A DNA stretch of 64,000 nucleotides from Coleofasciculus chthonoplastes F2-STO-03 (GCA_040222015.1 JAVJWO010000018.1:31048-95047); one strand, 5' to 3'; positions 43,408 to 55,800 are shown, counted from the stretch's first letter. Notes: a model not told the origin generated them from the letters alone. Numbers and translations: made by a program.

Positions 43408-46400
43408 TTACTCGCATAAATTAGGATTAACTGGGGGATTTCCAGATGTCATGTTAGTGGCTTCCGCTGTAAGGATAACATTACCTTGCTCATCTCTAAT
43501 CCATCCCTTAGCTTCCACAATCTGGCGCGGTTGAGAGGGTTTATCGGGGAGAGTCGCCGTATTATTATCGTTATCGCTTCCTTGTGACTCCAAGGAAATC
43601 CAATCGGCAAATACTGCTTCCCCCCGCAGTAATTCACTAGGTTTTGGCGGTAAACCGCCGCGCCCGGTGACGACAAAACTACTTTGATTGAGTCCAGCAT
43701 CCGCTTGACACACTTGACCCACCAATCCTCGCACATCTATCGGTTTGGTGGGTAATTGATTTAACTCCCGACTGGGATCAACATCAGGGGTATTAATCTC
43801 CACAGTACCGTCTAACCCAAATTCGGAACTGGCAGTAATATCACTTTTTGGCGTCCGTTGGGGACGAAATTCTAACCCAAAAATATTTTGCGCGGTGATA
43901 GTAATATTACCACCATTGCCGCCAAATGCATCAGCCACAATATCGCTATTTTCATCTTCAATAGCGACGACAAATTCTGTATCAATCGTAATATTCCCCC
44001 CATCACCTTGACCGCCAAAGGCTTCTGCCGAAATCAGGCTATTGCGGCGCATTTCGATTAAATCCTCTACCTGAAGATTAATATTACCACCCTCACCCGA
44101 AATGGTTCTGGCAATGAGAGAACCTTGATGATCAAGCTGGATGGAATTAGCATTGATTTGCATCGTACCAGCATTACCGGTGGCTTGATCACTAAACTCA
44201 ACCTCTAGCCCCAACCCAAAACTCAAGGAACTAGCCGCAAGCTGCGTATCATCCGCTATCGTTCCCGTGGCTACGGTTACTCTCGCGCCATCCTCAACTC
44301 TTAATTGATCCGTATTCACCTGCAAATCTCCCGCATTTCCGGTACCAAATCCTTGAGCATATAATCCACTGGGAAATCCATCAATGGAACGCCCCCTCAA
44401 GGTGATTGATTCATCGGCATTAACCTGTAAATTTCCCCCTTGCCCTGCACCAAAGGTGGAGGCGGAGATAAAGGCACCATCTTCTATCCTTAACTGTCGG
44501 GTATTCACCTGTAAATTTCCCGCATTTCCCGCATCGGGTAATAGGGAAAACGTATCTACCGAAATCGCACTGGGAATCTCACCGACGGCGGCTTTACCAA
44601 TAATATCAATTGATTCCGAGGCGTTCACGGTTAAATCGCCACCATCCCCTTGGCTAAAGGTAGTTGTACCAATCGCACCGCCATCACGAATCATCAACCG
44701 TTGTGTATTCACGAAGATATTTCCCGCATCGCCGGTGCCTCTGGCAATATTACCAATGGCGCTAGGAAAGTTTCCCTCTGGGGTTGTGCCAATAATATCG
44801 ATAGATTCAGCCGCATTTACAGTTAGAATTCCGCCATCACCGCTAGACAAAATTGTTGATGCTGAGACTAATCCGCCATTGCGAATAATCAGTTTGTCTG
44901 TATTTATGGTTAAATTACCAGCATCTCCAAATCCGTTGGTTTGCGAGAATAAGCCACCCGGATTATCGGGTGATGAACTGCCAATCACTTCGACTAAATC
45001 AGCATTTATGGTTAAATTTCCACTATCACCCTGACCGATGGTATTGGTGGTGACTCGTCCTAAATCTTGACTGAATAATCGTCCTGTTTCAATGTCGATA
45101 TTTCCAGCATTTCCACTACCCACAGCCGTTAGCGCATACAAGCCACTCCCGGAAATTTGTGCTAATGCGGTGTTTTCTATAGAGTTTAACGCGGCGGTTA
45201 AATCGGGTGTTGATACAATGTTATCAGGTAGAAGATTAAATCCTTGCAGTAACGCTCTAAATAAGTTTTGGTTGACTGGATTACTCGATAGTCCCTGAAA
45301 TTCTATAGATTCGGCGGTTGTCACTTGCAAATCTCCCCCATTCGCCGCACCCAGCGTGACGGTAACAATGCGAGCGCTATTATTTAAAGATAGGGATTTG
45401 GCATCGATAATAATATCTCCACTTCTTGTACCAGGTTCGGGGGTGATACTGATACTACTAATCAGGTGATCATTGACCGATATTGTGCCATTGCTAGTCA
45501 GGTTGATATTACCTGCCAACCCTCCCACGGACAAGATTTGAGATGTGGTAATATCATCATTCGCCTCTAGGAGGATATCACCGCTTCTAGTTAAGCCAGA
45601 GGGATTGAGTAAGCCATTGAGCGCGATCGCACCTTGACTCCTTAGTTGAATTGTTCCACCTAATGCGCCTAAGGACAAGATATCAGACGTAACGATATCC
45701 CCGCCTCCAATCAGGGTAATATTGCCACCATTCCCTACCAGAGAACTTGCGTTCACCGTACCATTGATGGCGATGCTGTCTCTAGAGTCAATCGTAATTG
45801 AACCGATAGTCGCCGCCGGATTATCTGGATTGGGAATAATCGCTACGCCCGACATACCGTTGATGGTAATTTCGCCACCGGGTAAGGATAAATTCGGTTG
45901 GTATTGATTGGTGACAAAGACAACGCCATCCGGTACATCAACAAAAATTCCACCAATCGTAATATTGGCACTTGTGGGAATCCCCACGGGATTAGGTAAA
46001 GGCGGAACAATAATTCCCGTGGCTGGGATACCCTGAATATCTGGGATATTAAATGCTGTTGTTCCCGCCCGGATATCTAACGTGGGTTTTGTTTTCCCAT
46101 CAACTAATATAGTTGTGCCATCGGACAGAGTAATGGTTTCTACAATACCATTAACCGGGTCAGCCGACTGGATAAAAACGCCCCCTGGAATCGTGACACT
46201 TCCTCCCGCCAGAATATGCAGTGAAGCGCCCACGTAGCCTCCTAACACGACATCCCCACTCGCCCGAATAACGGGGTCTTCTGGACTGGTTAATTGTCCC
46301 AGATTCCCCTCTAAATCTTCTAGGAGAAAACTGCCTCCGGTTGTATAATGAGCATTACCTTTAATGGGATTATCTGAACGCAAGACTAAATCCCCACCGG

Positions 46401-47190
46401 AAAACAACCCACTATCGGGATGATTTAACGCCGAAATCTCGATACTGTTCGCCCCTTCCACCTCTAACTGATTCCCCGCCGCCGCGATAAACGGATTAGT
46501 TCTTGTATCCTGCATTATTACTGTATCTGTAGCTTGCAGGTTTAAATCGTTTCCAGCAGAAACTTGACCTGGTAAATTCAGATTGCCTGCTGCTAAGGTT
46601 AAATCTTGCCCGACAACTAAATTCCCCCGATTGGTAATAGACGCATTTGCCGAATTTTTTCCATATTGCAAGCCTGGGGTTACATTAATTGTCAGCAGGG
46701 GTGGGGCTTCGGGATTGCTAGCGTCAAACGTCAACCCATTCTCAAATACCACTGCATCGGCTGTGGTTCCCACAAAAGAACCCGGTACATCCAGACGCGC
46801 CCCTTCACCAAAGATAATCCCATTAGGATTAAGTAAATATAACGACGCTTGTCCATTTACCCCCAAGGTTCCTAAGATGTTCGATATATCACTCCCCGTA
46901 ACCCGACTGAAAATCGTTTCAATCCCCGCCGGATTCGCAAAATAGACGCGCCCGCCCTCGCCAATATTAAATTCTAAGAAACTGTGGAATAGATTCCTGT
47001 CGCGAATTGCCCCTCCTTCAATCAAATCGGCTGGCAAACCTTTGATATCCACATTCGGCGTGACAATGGAATTTTCTCCGTCTAAAGTGGTATCGGGAGT
47101 AATTTGGGCGACGACAGGATTCTCTAAAACAGCAAATATCCCACCTATCGCTAACAATCCGGCTAGCTTGACTTTCCAACTTCTAGGCAT
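43408..47190 (-). CDS. Filamentous haemagglutinin N-terminal domain (TPS-like) exoprotein, copy 1
   Basis: AQITPDTTL, NLFHSF, LLNPNGIIFG, GNAGNI beta-helix repeats, SSFVVTGRGGLP. Confidence 0.92.
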   Translation of the reverse strand: MPRSWKVKLAGLLAIGGIFAVLENPVVAQITPDTTLDGENSIVTPNVDIKGLPADLIEGGAIRDRNLFHSFLEFNIGEGGRVYFANPAGIETIFSRVTGSDISNILGTLGVNGQASLYLLNPNGIIFGEGARLDVPGSFVGTTADAVVFENGLTFDASNPEAPPLLTINVTPGLQYGKNSANASITNRGNLVVGQDLTLAAGNLNLPGQVSAGNDLNLQATDTVIMQDTRTNPFIAAAGNQLEVEGANSIEISALNHPDSGLFSGGDLVLRSDNPIKGNAHYTTGGSFLLEDLEGNLGQLTSPEDPVIRASGDVVLGGYVGASLHILAGGSVTIPGGVFIQSADPVNGIVETITLSDGTTILVDGKTKPTLDIRAGTTAFNIPDIQGIPATGIIVPPLPNPVGIPTSANITIGGIFVDVPDGVVFVTNQYQPNLSLPGGEITINGMSGVAIIPNPDNPAATIGSITIDSRDSIAINGTVNASSLVGNGGNITLIGGGDIVTSDILSLGALGGTIQLRSQGAIALNGLLNPSGLTRSGDILLEANDDITTSQILSVGGLAGNINLTSNGTISVNDHLISSISITPEPGTRSGDIIIDAKSLSLNNSARIVTVTLGAANGGDLQVTTAESIEFQGLSSNPVNQNLFRALLQGFNLLPDNIVSTPDLTAALNSIENTALAQISGSGLYALTAVGSGNAGNIDIETGRLFSQDLGRVTTNTIGQGDSGNLTINADLVEVIGSSSPDNPGGLFSQTNGFGDAGNLTINTDKLIIRNGGLVSASTILSSGDGGILTVNAAESIDIIGTTPEGNFPSAIGNIARGTGDAGNIFVNTQRLMIRDGGAIGTTTFSQGDGGDLTVNASESIDIIGKAAVGEIPSAISVDTFSLLPDAGNAGNLQVNTRQLRIEDGAFISASTFGAGQGGNLQVNADESITLRGRSIDGFPSGLYAQGFGTGNAGDLQVNTDQLRVEDGARVTVATGTIADDTQLAASSLSFGLGLEVEFSDQATGNAGTMQINANSIQLDHQGSLIARTISGEGGNINLQVEDLIEMRRNSLISAEAFGGQGDGGNITIDTEFVVAIEDENSDIVADAFGGNGGNITITAQNIFGLEFRPQRTPKSDITASSEFGLDGTVEINTPDVDPSRELNQLPTKPIDVRGLVGQVCQADAGLNQSSFVVTGRGGLPPKPSELLRGEAVFADWISLESQGSDNDNNTATLPDKPSQPRQIVEAKGWIRDEQGNVILTAEATNMTSGNPPVNPNLCE

Positions 47191-47418
47191 TTGGTAAATA
47201 GTCCCTCCCAAAAAATGTCAATAATGTAACCCTTAACTTGAATTATATACCCCCCTGGGGTAGAGTTATTTAACGCTGATTTTTGTTAATAAGTATCTGG
47301 ACATAAATTTTGTTAACTGAGTAAAGACGTTTAAGATACCTCAATCCCTTGTCCCCCCTTGTCCCTGTTCCCTTGTCCTCATGCTAAACTTTAATTGAGT
47401 TCGACTCCTTAGCCACAC

Positions 47419-50400
47419 TTAATCGCAGAAACTGGGATTAAACCATAACGTTTTAGGCGTAGCATTGGGGATAGATGCGGTTAAAGTAATATTTCCCTCA
47501 GCATCAATGACCCAGCCGTTCGCTTCCACAATTTGACCATCCGAGACATTTTGCGCTGGGATTGTTGTTCGGTTCACCTGAACTGATTCACCTGCATCTG
47601 ATTCTAAGGGAATCCAATCTACCAGCACGGCTTCCCCCCGCAATAACTCACTAGGTTTTGGCGGTAAACCCCCGCGTCCCGTCATCACAAACTGACTGCG
47701 GTTGTCCACTACATCAGCCCGACAAACTTGAGCCACCAATCCGCGCACATCTATAGGCTGAGTGGGTAATTGGGTTAATCCGCGACTGGGGTCAATATTG
47801 GGCGTATTCAGTACCACATCCCCCACTAATCCAAATTCGGAACTGGCAGTAATATCACTTTTTGGTGTGCGTTGGGGACGAAATTCTAACCCAAAAATAT
47901 TTTGCGCGGTGATATTAATATTACCACCATTTCCCCCAAATGCATCAGCCACAATATCGCTATTTTCATCTTCAATAGCAACGACAAATTCTGTATCAAT
48001 GTCAATATTCCCCCCATCACCTTGACCGCCAAAGGCTTCTGCCGAAATCAGGCTATTGCGGCGCATTTCGATTAAATCCTCTGCCTGAAGCGTAATATTC
48101 CCCCCTTCCCCCGAAACCGTTTTGGCAATCAACGCGCCCTGATTATCCAAGGTAATGGTATCCGCTTCAATTCTCATCCTACCTGCATTCCCTGTCGCCG
48201 CATCAGCAAATGTGATATTTAGTCCGGCACCAAACCCATAAGTGCCATTACTAAACCGGGCTAAGTCCTCCTGAGTCGTACCCGTGGAAACCGTTATCCT
48301 TGCCCCATTTTTCACCACCATTTGTGGTGTTTTCACCTCTATATTATTGCCATCACCAGCACCAAAACCTTGAGAATATAAGCCACTAAAAATCTCACCT
48401 GCTGATGTACCATTCAATTCAATAGACTCGGAAGCGTTAACCGATAAACTCCCAGCTTCACCCACCCCAAATGTAGACGCAGAGATAACAGCGCCATCTC
48501 GAACACTCAAGCGCTGAGTATTAATGGTTAAGCTTCCTCCCTGCCCAAATTCTATCGTATCCGTCGATATAGCACTAGGAATACCCCGCATAGCAGATAC
48601 GCCTATCACATCCACAGATTCAGCCGCATTAATGGTTAAATTTCCAGCATTTCCTACGCTAAACGACGTCGTACCTATTGCTGCGCCATCTTGCACAATT
48701 AAGCGTCGCGTCGTTAACGTTAAGTTGCCCGCATCACCTGCACTGCGAGTTGCCGCCCCGATAAAAGAAGGATACTGCTCATCCGGAGTTGTACCACTCA
48801 ATTCTATGGAATCGGCAGCATTTATAATTAAATCTCCCCCCTGACTCGGACTCAGGGTTGTGGTTGATATTCCTGAACCATCTCGGATGGTTAAACGTCC
48901 GGTATCAATTTGGATATTTCCGGCATTACCTGTGCCGTAGGATTGAGTATATAAGCCACCCGGAATATTTAACGGTGTTGTGCCAATTAATTCCACCGCA
49001 TCAGTGGCTTCTATATTGACATTTCCCCCTTGTCCTTGACCAAAACTATAGGCGGATACTTCTGCGCCATCTTGAATCGTCAATCGTCCCGTTTTCATCG
49101 TCACATCTCCAGTTCCACCTGTACCGATGGTGAAGGTTAATAAGGAACTGGCTGGACTCTTCAGGGGTGAACCAGAGGCATTAATAATTGTAGTTTGAAC
49201 CTCTGGCGGTAAGTTTGCCACAAAGTCTTCCAGAGGGGGAATGGCGGTAATTAATATGTTCAGTAATTGACTATTAGCTTGGGTTCCCCTAAGTTGAATC
49301 GTATCCGAGGCGGTTATGGTTAAATCTCCAGCTTTAGCCGCGCCCAAAGTACCGACAATGACTCGTGCGGCATTGCTTAAGGAAACTGTATCTGCTTCAA
49401 TGGTAATATCTCCTCCTTGAACAGGTATCGGGGAAAAGGGCAACAGACTAGCACTGAGGATGAGATGATTATCCCACGCGATCGCACCTTGACTACTGAG
49501 TTTAATTTTTCCACCTAATGCGCCTAAGGACAAGATATCAGACGTAACGATATCCCCGCCTCCAATCAGGGTAATATTGCCACCATTACCCGGCGGTAGC
49601 GGTGATGATGGGGATATAGAAGATGTGTTTATCTCCCCCGTGATGTCTATACCGCTTTTGGAGTCGATGACAACTGCACCCCCATTCCCGGATAAACTCC
49701 CTGTAGTAATTGCGCCACTGACTTCAGGAACACTGGTTAGTTCATTGACATTGATGACACCACCGGGTAACCCAGGATTAGGCTGATATTGATTGGTTAA
49801 AAATACCAGTCCTCCGGGGTTAAAGATACCGCCAATCGTAATATCGGCACTCGTGGGAATCCCCTGAATATCTGGGATATTAAATGCTGTTGTTCCCGCC
49901 CGGATATCTAACGTGGGTTTTGTTTTCCCATCAACTAATATAGTTGTGCCATCGGACAGAGTAATGGTTTCTACAATACCATTAACCGGGTCAGGGGTGA
50001 GAATCTCAACTCCCCCCGGAATCGTGACACTTCCTCCCGCCAGAATATGCAGTGAAGCACCTTGATATCCCCCTATAATTACATCCCCACTGGCGCGAAT
50101 AACAGGATCTTCTGGACTGGTTAATTGTCCCAGATTCCCCTCTAAATCTTCTATCCGAAAACTGCCCCCAGTTGTATAATGAGCATTACCTTTAATGGGA
50201 TTATCTGAACGCAAGACTAAATCCCCACCGGAAAACAACCCACTATCGGGATGATTTAACGCTGAAATCTCGATACGGTTAGCCCCTTCCACCTCTAATC
50301 GGTTACCCGCCGCCGCGATAAACGGATTAGTTCTTGTATCCTGCATTATTACTGTATCTGTAGCTTGCAGGTTTAAATCGTTTCCAGCAGAAACTTGACC

Positions 50401-51033
50401 TTGTAAATTCAGATTGCCTGCTGCTAAGGTTAAATCTTGCCCGACAACTAAATTCCCCCGATTGGTAATAGGCGCATTTGCCGAATTTTTCCCATATTGC
50501 AAGCCTGGGGTTACATTAATTGTCAGCAAAGGTGGGGCTTCGGGATTGCTAGCGCTAAAGGTCAACCCATTCTCAAATACCACTGCATCGGCTGTGGTTC
50601 CCACAAAGGAACCCGGTACATCCAGACGCGCCCCTTCACCAAAGATAATCCCATTAGGATTGAGTAAATATAACGACGCTTGTCCATTTACCCCCAAGGT
50701 TCCTAAGATGTTCGATATATCATTCCCAGTAACCCGACTAAAAATTGTTTCAATCCCCGCCGGATTCGCAAAATAGACGCGCCCCCCCTCACCTACATTA
50801 AATTCCCCAAAACTGTGGAATAGATTCGTGTCGCGAATTGCCCCCCCTTCAATCAAATCGGCTGGCAAACCTTTGATATCCACATTCGGTGTGACAACGG
50901 AATTTTCTCCGTCTAACGTGGTATCGGGAGTAATTTGCGCCAATGCGGGTGCAGCGACGGATGCGATCGCGCCCCATCCCACTATAATCAGACTGAACCC
51001 CCATGGTCTATGCCCTAACCCCTGGCTTGCCAT
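47419..51033 (-). CDS. Filamentous haemagglutinin N-terminal domain (TPS-like) exoprotein, copy 2
   Basis: Same motifs; start uncertain (51033 or 51081). Confidence 0.92.
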   Translation of the reverse strand: MASQGLGHRPWGFSLIIVGWGAIASVAAPALAQITPDTTLDGENSVVTPNVDIKGLPADLIEGGAIRDTNLFHSFGEFNVGEGGRVYFANPAGIETIFSRVTGNDISNILGTLGVNGQASLYLLNPNGIIFGEGARLDVPGSFVGTTADAVVFENGLTFSASNPEAPPLLTINVTPGLQYGKNSANAPITNRGNLVVGQDLTLAAGNLNLQGQVSAGNDLNLQATDTVIMQDTRTNPFIAAAGNRLEVEGANRIEISALNHPDSGLFSGGDLVLRSDNPIKGNAHYTTGGSFRIEDLEGNLGQLTSPEDPVIRASGDVIIGGYQGASLHILAGGSVTIPGGVEILTPDPVNGIVETITLSDGTTILVDGKTKPTLDIRAGTTAFNIPDIQGIPTSADITIGGIFNPGGLVFLTNQYQPNPGLPGGVINVNELTSVPEVSGAITTGSLSGNGGAVVIDSKSGIDITGEINTSSISPSSPLPPGNGGNITLIGGGDIVTSDILSLGALGGKIKLSSQGAIAWDNHLILSASLLPFSPIPVQGGDITIEADTVSLSNAARVIVGTLGAAKAGDLTITASDTIQLRGTQANSQLLNILITAIPPLEDFVANLPPEVQTTIINASGSPLKSPASSLLTFTIGTGGTGDVTMKTGRLTIQDGAEVSAYSFGQGQGGNVNIEATDAVELIGTTPLNIPGGLYTQSYGTGNAGNIQIDTGRLTIRDGSGISTTTLSPSQGGDLIINAADSIELSGTTPDEQYPSFIGAATRSAGDAGNLTLTTRRLIVQDGAAIGTTSFSVGNAGNLTINAAESVDVIGVSAMRGIPSAISTDTIEFGQGGSLTINTQRLSVRDGAVISASTFGVGEAGSLSVNASESIELNGTSAGEIFSGLYSQGFGAGDGNNIEVKTPQMVVKNGARITVSTGTTQEDLARFSNGTYGFGAGLNITFADAATGNAGRMRIEADTITLDNQGALIAKTVSGEGGNITLQAEDLIEMRRNSLISAEAFGGQGDGGNIDIDTEFVVAIEDENSDIVADAFGGNGGNINITAQNIFGLEFRPQRTPKSDITASSEFGLVGDVVLNTPNIDPSRGLTQLPTQPIDVRGLVAQVCRADVVDNRSQFVMTGRGGLPPKPSELLRGEAVLVDWIPLESDAGESVQVNRTTIPAQNVSDGQIVEANGWVIDAEGNITLTASIPNATPKTLWFNPSFCD

Positions 51034-51322
51034 ATCCGTTAGATGGTAGATGATCTTGAATAAGGAACTATTATACCTCAAGTCTCAAGCCTTAAATTGC
51101 ATTGCATTTGGAAAATTAAAAGTTAACTATTAAAAAAAAAAGTTTTATTTATGTTAAAACCCCGAAATCCTAATAGGAATTGCCGGAATACTAGATTGAG
51201 TCAACTTCAGCCGAATGTCGCCAACTTGGGATAAGCTAAAGCTTACTGGGTAAATCTTTGAACCCGTTTTAACGGGTTTCAGCTTTTAGCCAGAACTTTA
51301 GTTCTAGGCTTAAGGAGCGTGC

Positions 51323-52213
51323 TTAACTAATGCGATCGCGCCGTTGAGATACCTTAAGATTAAGCAGGGATAATCCCATAATAACCAAGAACAGCACTAA
51401 TCCAATCGTGCAAGCATAACCGATTTCCAAATCCGCAAACGCTTGCTCATACAAATAATAGACCACCGTTTTAGAACTATTGCGAGGTCCCCCTTGGGTC
51501 ATAATATAAACTTCTTCAAACACCTTCGTCGCCGAAATCGCCGAAATGACCGCAACTAATGCCAAATAAGGGCGCATTAAGGGAACCGTAATATCCCAAT
51601 GTTTCCCATACCCATCCGCACCATCCAACGCCGCCGCTTCATAGAGTTGGTCAGGAATCGATTGCAAACCTGCCAGATAAATCACCATGTAATAGCCTAA
51701 CCCCTTCCACACCGTTACTGCCATAACACTAAAAATCGCCCAATCTGGACTCGTCAGCCAAGGAATACCCTGCTTAAATCCCACCCAACTAAGTATCTGA
51801 TTAAATAAACCATTTTCTGCATACAGCCACCGCCACGCAATTCCCGCCACTACCATGGAAATCACCACTGGAGTGTAATACGCCGCCCGAAACCAGCTTA
51901 TCCCGCGCAGGTTCTGATTGACCAAAATCGCTAATCCTAAGGGAAGTGCGACTAAAATTGGCACAACGCCAATCAGATATAACACCGTGTTCCCCACCGT
52001 TTGCCAAAATACTCGGTCTTTCCCCAAGCGTTGCAAATTCGTCAAGCCCACCCATTCAGGCGTTTGGGTCAAATCATAGTCGTATTGCGTAAAACTCAGG
52101 TAAAAAGCTTGACAAGCGGGCAAAAATACTGTTATTCCCAAAATAACTAGGGCTGGGAGTAAAAAGAGGTACGGGGTTAACTTAGGCGGGATGACAAACG
52201 AATCCTTTGACAT
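51323..52213 (-). CDS. Carbohydrate ABC transporter permease
   Basis: YLFLLPAL, WKGLGYYMVIYLAGLQ, LYEAAALDGA (EAA motif), TQGGP. Confidence 0.93.
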   Translation of the reverse strand: MSKDSFVIPPKLTPYLFLLPALVILGITVFLPACQAFYLSFTQYDYDLTQTPEWVGLTNLQRLGKDRVFWQTVGNTVLYLIGVVPILVALPLGLAILVNQNLRGISWFRAAYYTPVVISMVVAGIAWRWLYAENGLFNQILSWVGFKQGIPWLTSPDWAIFSVMAVTVWKGLGYYMVIYLAGLQSIPDQLYEAAALDGADGYGKHWDITVPLMRPYLALVAVISAISATKVFEEVYIMTQGGPRNSSKTVVYYLYEQAFADLEIGYACTIGLVLFLVIMGLSLLNLKVSQRRDRIS

Positions 52214-52821
52214 CTGAGATCCAAATTGTTAGGGAAAATAAAAATTTAATATCGTACTGTAGCATAGCTAACAGTTTCTTATTCTTAACCTTAGTCTAAT
52301 CTTATTATTTACCTCACTATAACCCAATATTCCCTTATCTAAGTTGACAAGGTTGGGGGGGGTGAGATATTAGGGTGCTATCTATCATCAACCCGATTAT
52401 TGGCTTGGGCGAGGTAAACCAGGTTCAGCGACACCTGATTAGGAGTTGCGTTTAAAATATTGCACCTGCCGTTTTCTTCCCACCTTAAGCTTCAACCCAC
52501 CGAACTAAACGCTAGCATTCCTCTCGCTTATGACCGGAAAAGAATTCCTGTCGATTGAACGTGAGTGGGTGGGAACTTACGGATAAGGGGACCAGATATT
52601 CACGCTGGGAAGCCAGGACGATTCCGGGAGTTAGGGTTGAACTCAAGACGCTTCTCGCATCGCGTCTGGCGTGATACCCAATCCGAGGAAGTTATCCCAA
52701 ACGGGGGTACTTTTTTCCTTCTATTCCTTCTGCCATCTGCTTTGTCCCTACCAATGAGGAATTAACCCGAATTTAGTCTGAGGGACTTTCCCCGCACAAT
52801 ACGTTGGAGTTTTATGCCGCC

Positions 52822-55800
52822 GTGAAACATTTAGAAGTAAGCTACAGCCATTTATTGGAAAAAGATACACAACCCGAACTAAAGACAACCGTACTGGAAC
52901 TTCTCAGTATCCCGACGCATCCACAATCGAGCTGGAGAGGAGACAGTGACACCCTATTGTGGCAAACGCTAGTGCAATCCATTCCCCTACCCTTGGTTAT
53001 TGCCCGCTTAACCGATGGTGTTATTCTGTATGCTAACGAGCATTACAACTCAACCTTTGATCCCAGGCAACAGAAGCGTTCTAGAGTCAATCAACCCGTT
53101 TGCGATCGCCAAACCCTATCGTTCTATCACGATCCCGCCCAACGACAGCTCATATTACAGGGTTTAGTTAGCCAAGGCTATTTGCGGGATTACGCGATCA
53201 AAATGCCCAGTTGCCAGGGTAAGCCGATTTGGAGTCTGGTTTCTCTGCAACGGTTAACCTTTAAGCGGGAATCCGCCTTTCTTGCCATTTTCCAGCCGAT
53301 TACGGACGACTCGCATCACCACGAATCCCTCCAATCCTTACCCCCATCACCTCAGGAAACAGCCCCATCATCCCAACCAACACGTCGCCAGTTAATTGCG
53401 AATGCCGTGTGTGAACAGGAGGTCAAATTTTGTACCTTAGCCGAAACCATTCCCGCTGCTGTCTTAATCTATCAAAGCAATCAGTTAATTTATGTCAATT
53501 CCACCGTCTGTGAAATTACCGGATACAGCCAATCGGAATTATTAACCATGGATTTATGGGACTTGCTGCATCCGAGTAGCCACGCCTTCATGCCCAAACC
53601 ATCCCGGAGTGAAACGGCGCAGAGGGGCGCCAAACGTCGCTATGAAGTGCAAATCCTCACCAAAACCGGTGATAGGCGCTGGCTGGATACGAGTACCCGG
53701 ATCATTGAGTTTCAAGGAAAACCTGCCGTCCTTTTAAGTGCCTTTGATATCAGCAATTACAAGCAAGCTGAAGGGGCTTGGCAAGAAAGTCAGCGCACCC
53801 TAGCCACACTGATGGGCAATCTGCCCGGGATGGCGTATCGGTGTCGGGCGGATAGTCAATGGACAATGGAGTTTGTCAGTGAGGGCTGTTTTAATCTGCT
53901 ACACTACAATCCCCGTGATTTGGTGGAAAATCGGGCATTAGTGTTCAGTGACGTGATTCATCCAGAAGACCGAAAACGGGTGAAGCAGGATGTGCAAGCC
54001 GCCGTTACTGAAAAACGACCCTATCAACTCGAATATCGGATTACTACAGCCACAGGGATTCAGAAATGGGTTTGGGAACAAGGGTGCGGCATTTTTTATC
54101 GCCACGGAGAATTACAGGCTTTAGAGGGCTTTATTACCGATATTACCGAACGGAAATGGGCAACCGATGCCCTAGAACTCTTGCAAACCATGACCCAGGC
54201 GATTGGTGAAGCCCCAGATTTTCAGTCAGCCTTGTATGTCACCTTGAGCAAAGTGGGACAAGCCACCCATTGGGATTTGGGCGAAGCTTGGGTCAAACGT
54301 GCTAATGGGAAGGTCTTAGAATGTTCCACAATTTGGCGCAGAGTAGAGGAACAGCCCTTGAAGGCAGACGGTAAGGAGCAAGGTGTCACGGTAAAAGCAA
54401 ATGATAACAGTTTAAGCGGACATGATCGGACATCTACTCACACCGATAAAGGCGCAGCCTCTCCCTATCCCCCTGTCTTAGCGTCTGAGGCGTCCACCCG
54501 GCAAGACTTTTGCTATTATAGTCCCGCCTTTACCTTTGCCTTAGGCTGTGGACTACCCGGACGAGTGTGGGCATCCCGTCGTCCAGAATGGATTCCCGAT
54601 GTTTCCCGTGCGCCTCATTCCTCCTTCGTGCGTTCCTCTCTAGCAAAGGCTTGTGGTCTGAAAGCGGGCTTTGCTGTACCGATTATCGCTCATGACCAGG
54701 TTCTGGCAGTATTAACGTTTTTCCGGTTTGAATCCCGGCAAACCGATCAGCGTTTGGTTAACTTGATTTCTACGGTAGCCGCCCAATTAGGAGTAGCGAT
54801 TGAGCGCAAACAGGCGGAAGTGGCGTTGCGTTCCTCTGAGGCGGAGTTGCGGGCATTATTTGCGGCGATGACGGATTCTATCTTTGTTTTAGATGAAACA
54901 GGACGTTTCCTGAAAATTGCCCCGACGAATCCTGACCCGATGTTGTTGCCGAAAAATGCCAAAGAATTTGTGGGCAAAACCCTGGATCAACTCTTTGGTA
55001 CAACTCAAGCCGATCAGTTCTTGACCTATATCCAGGAAGCAATCGCCACTTCTTCGCGTTTGAATATTGAGTATAGTTTACCCCTGCGCGATCGCGAGGT
55101 TTGGTTTGCGGCGACGATTTCCCCCACCTTGGAAGACTCCGTGGTTTGGGTGGCACGGGATATTACGGAACGGAAACAGGCAGAACAGGCGTTGCAACAG
55201 GCAGAAGCCAAATATCGCAGTATTTTTGAGAATGCCTTGGAAGGGATTTTCCAATCCACGGCTGATGGGCATTATATTAGCGCCAATCCTGCCCTTGCCC
55301 GTTTATACGGCTACTCCTCTGCCGAGGAATTGATGGTGCGACTTACAGATATCGAACATCAGCTTTATGTTGATCCCCAGCGACGGGCGGAGTTTAGTCG
55401 GCTGTTGCAAGAAAATGATGCGGTAGCTGATTTTGAGTCCCAAGTCTATCGCAAAGATGGCAGCGTGATTTGGATTGCCGAAAATGCCCGTGCTGTTCGG
55501 GATATGACGACCGGGGAATTGCTGTATTACGAAGGTACGGTAGAAGATATCACCGAACATAAATTGGCAAAAGACCAACTGCAAACCCGGGCGTTTTACG
55601 ATACGTTGACCGGATTGCCCAATCGGGCGTTATTTATGGATCGCTTAACTCATACCGTAGAGCGAGCCAAACGCCATCACACCTATCGCTTTGCCCTACT
55701 GTTTTTGGATTTAGATCGTTTCAAAGTGGTCAATGATAGTTTAGGGCACCTTCTTGGGGATCAACTGCTGATTGGCATTGCCCGTCGCTTAGAATCCTGT

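Noticed and set aside
44384..51049. Plus-strand ORFs within the FHA genes, including duplicated 120 aa ORFs
   Set aside because: Antisense shadows duplicated along with the real genes
52300..52820. c-di-GMP or c-di-AMP riboswitch upstream of the GGDEF-EAL gene, and ORF 52565-52765
   Set aside because: I could not find the consensus motifs by eye; the ORF has no recognisable features; an Rfam scan would settle it
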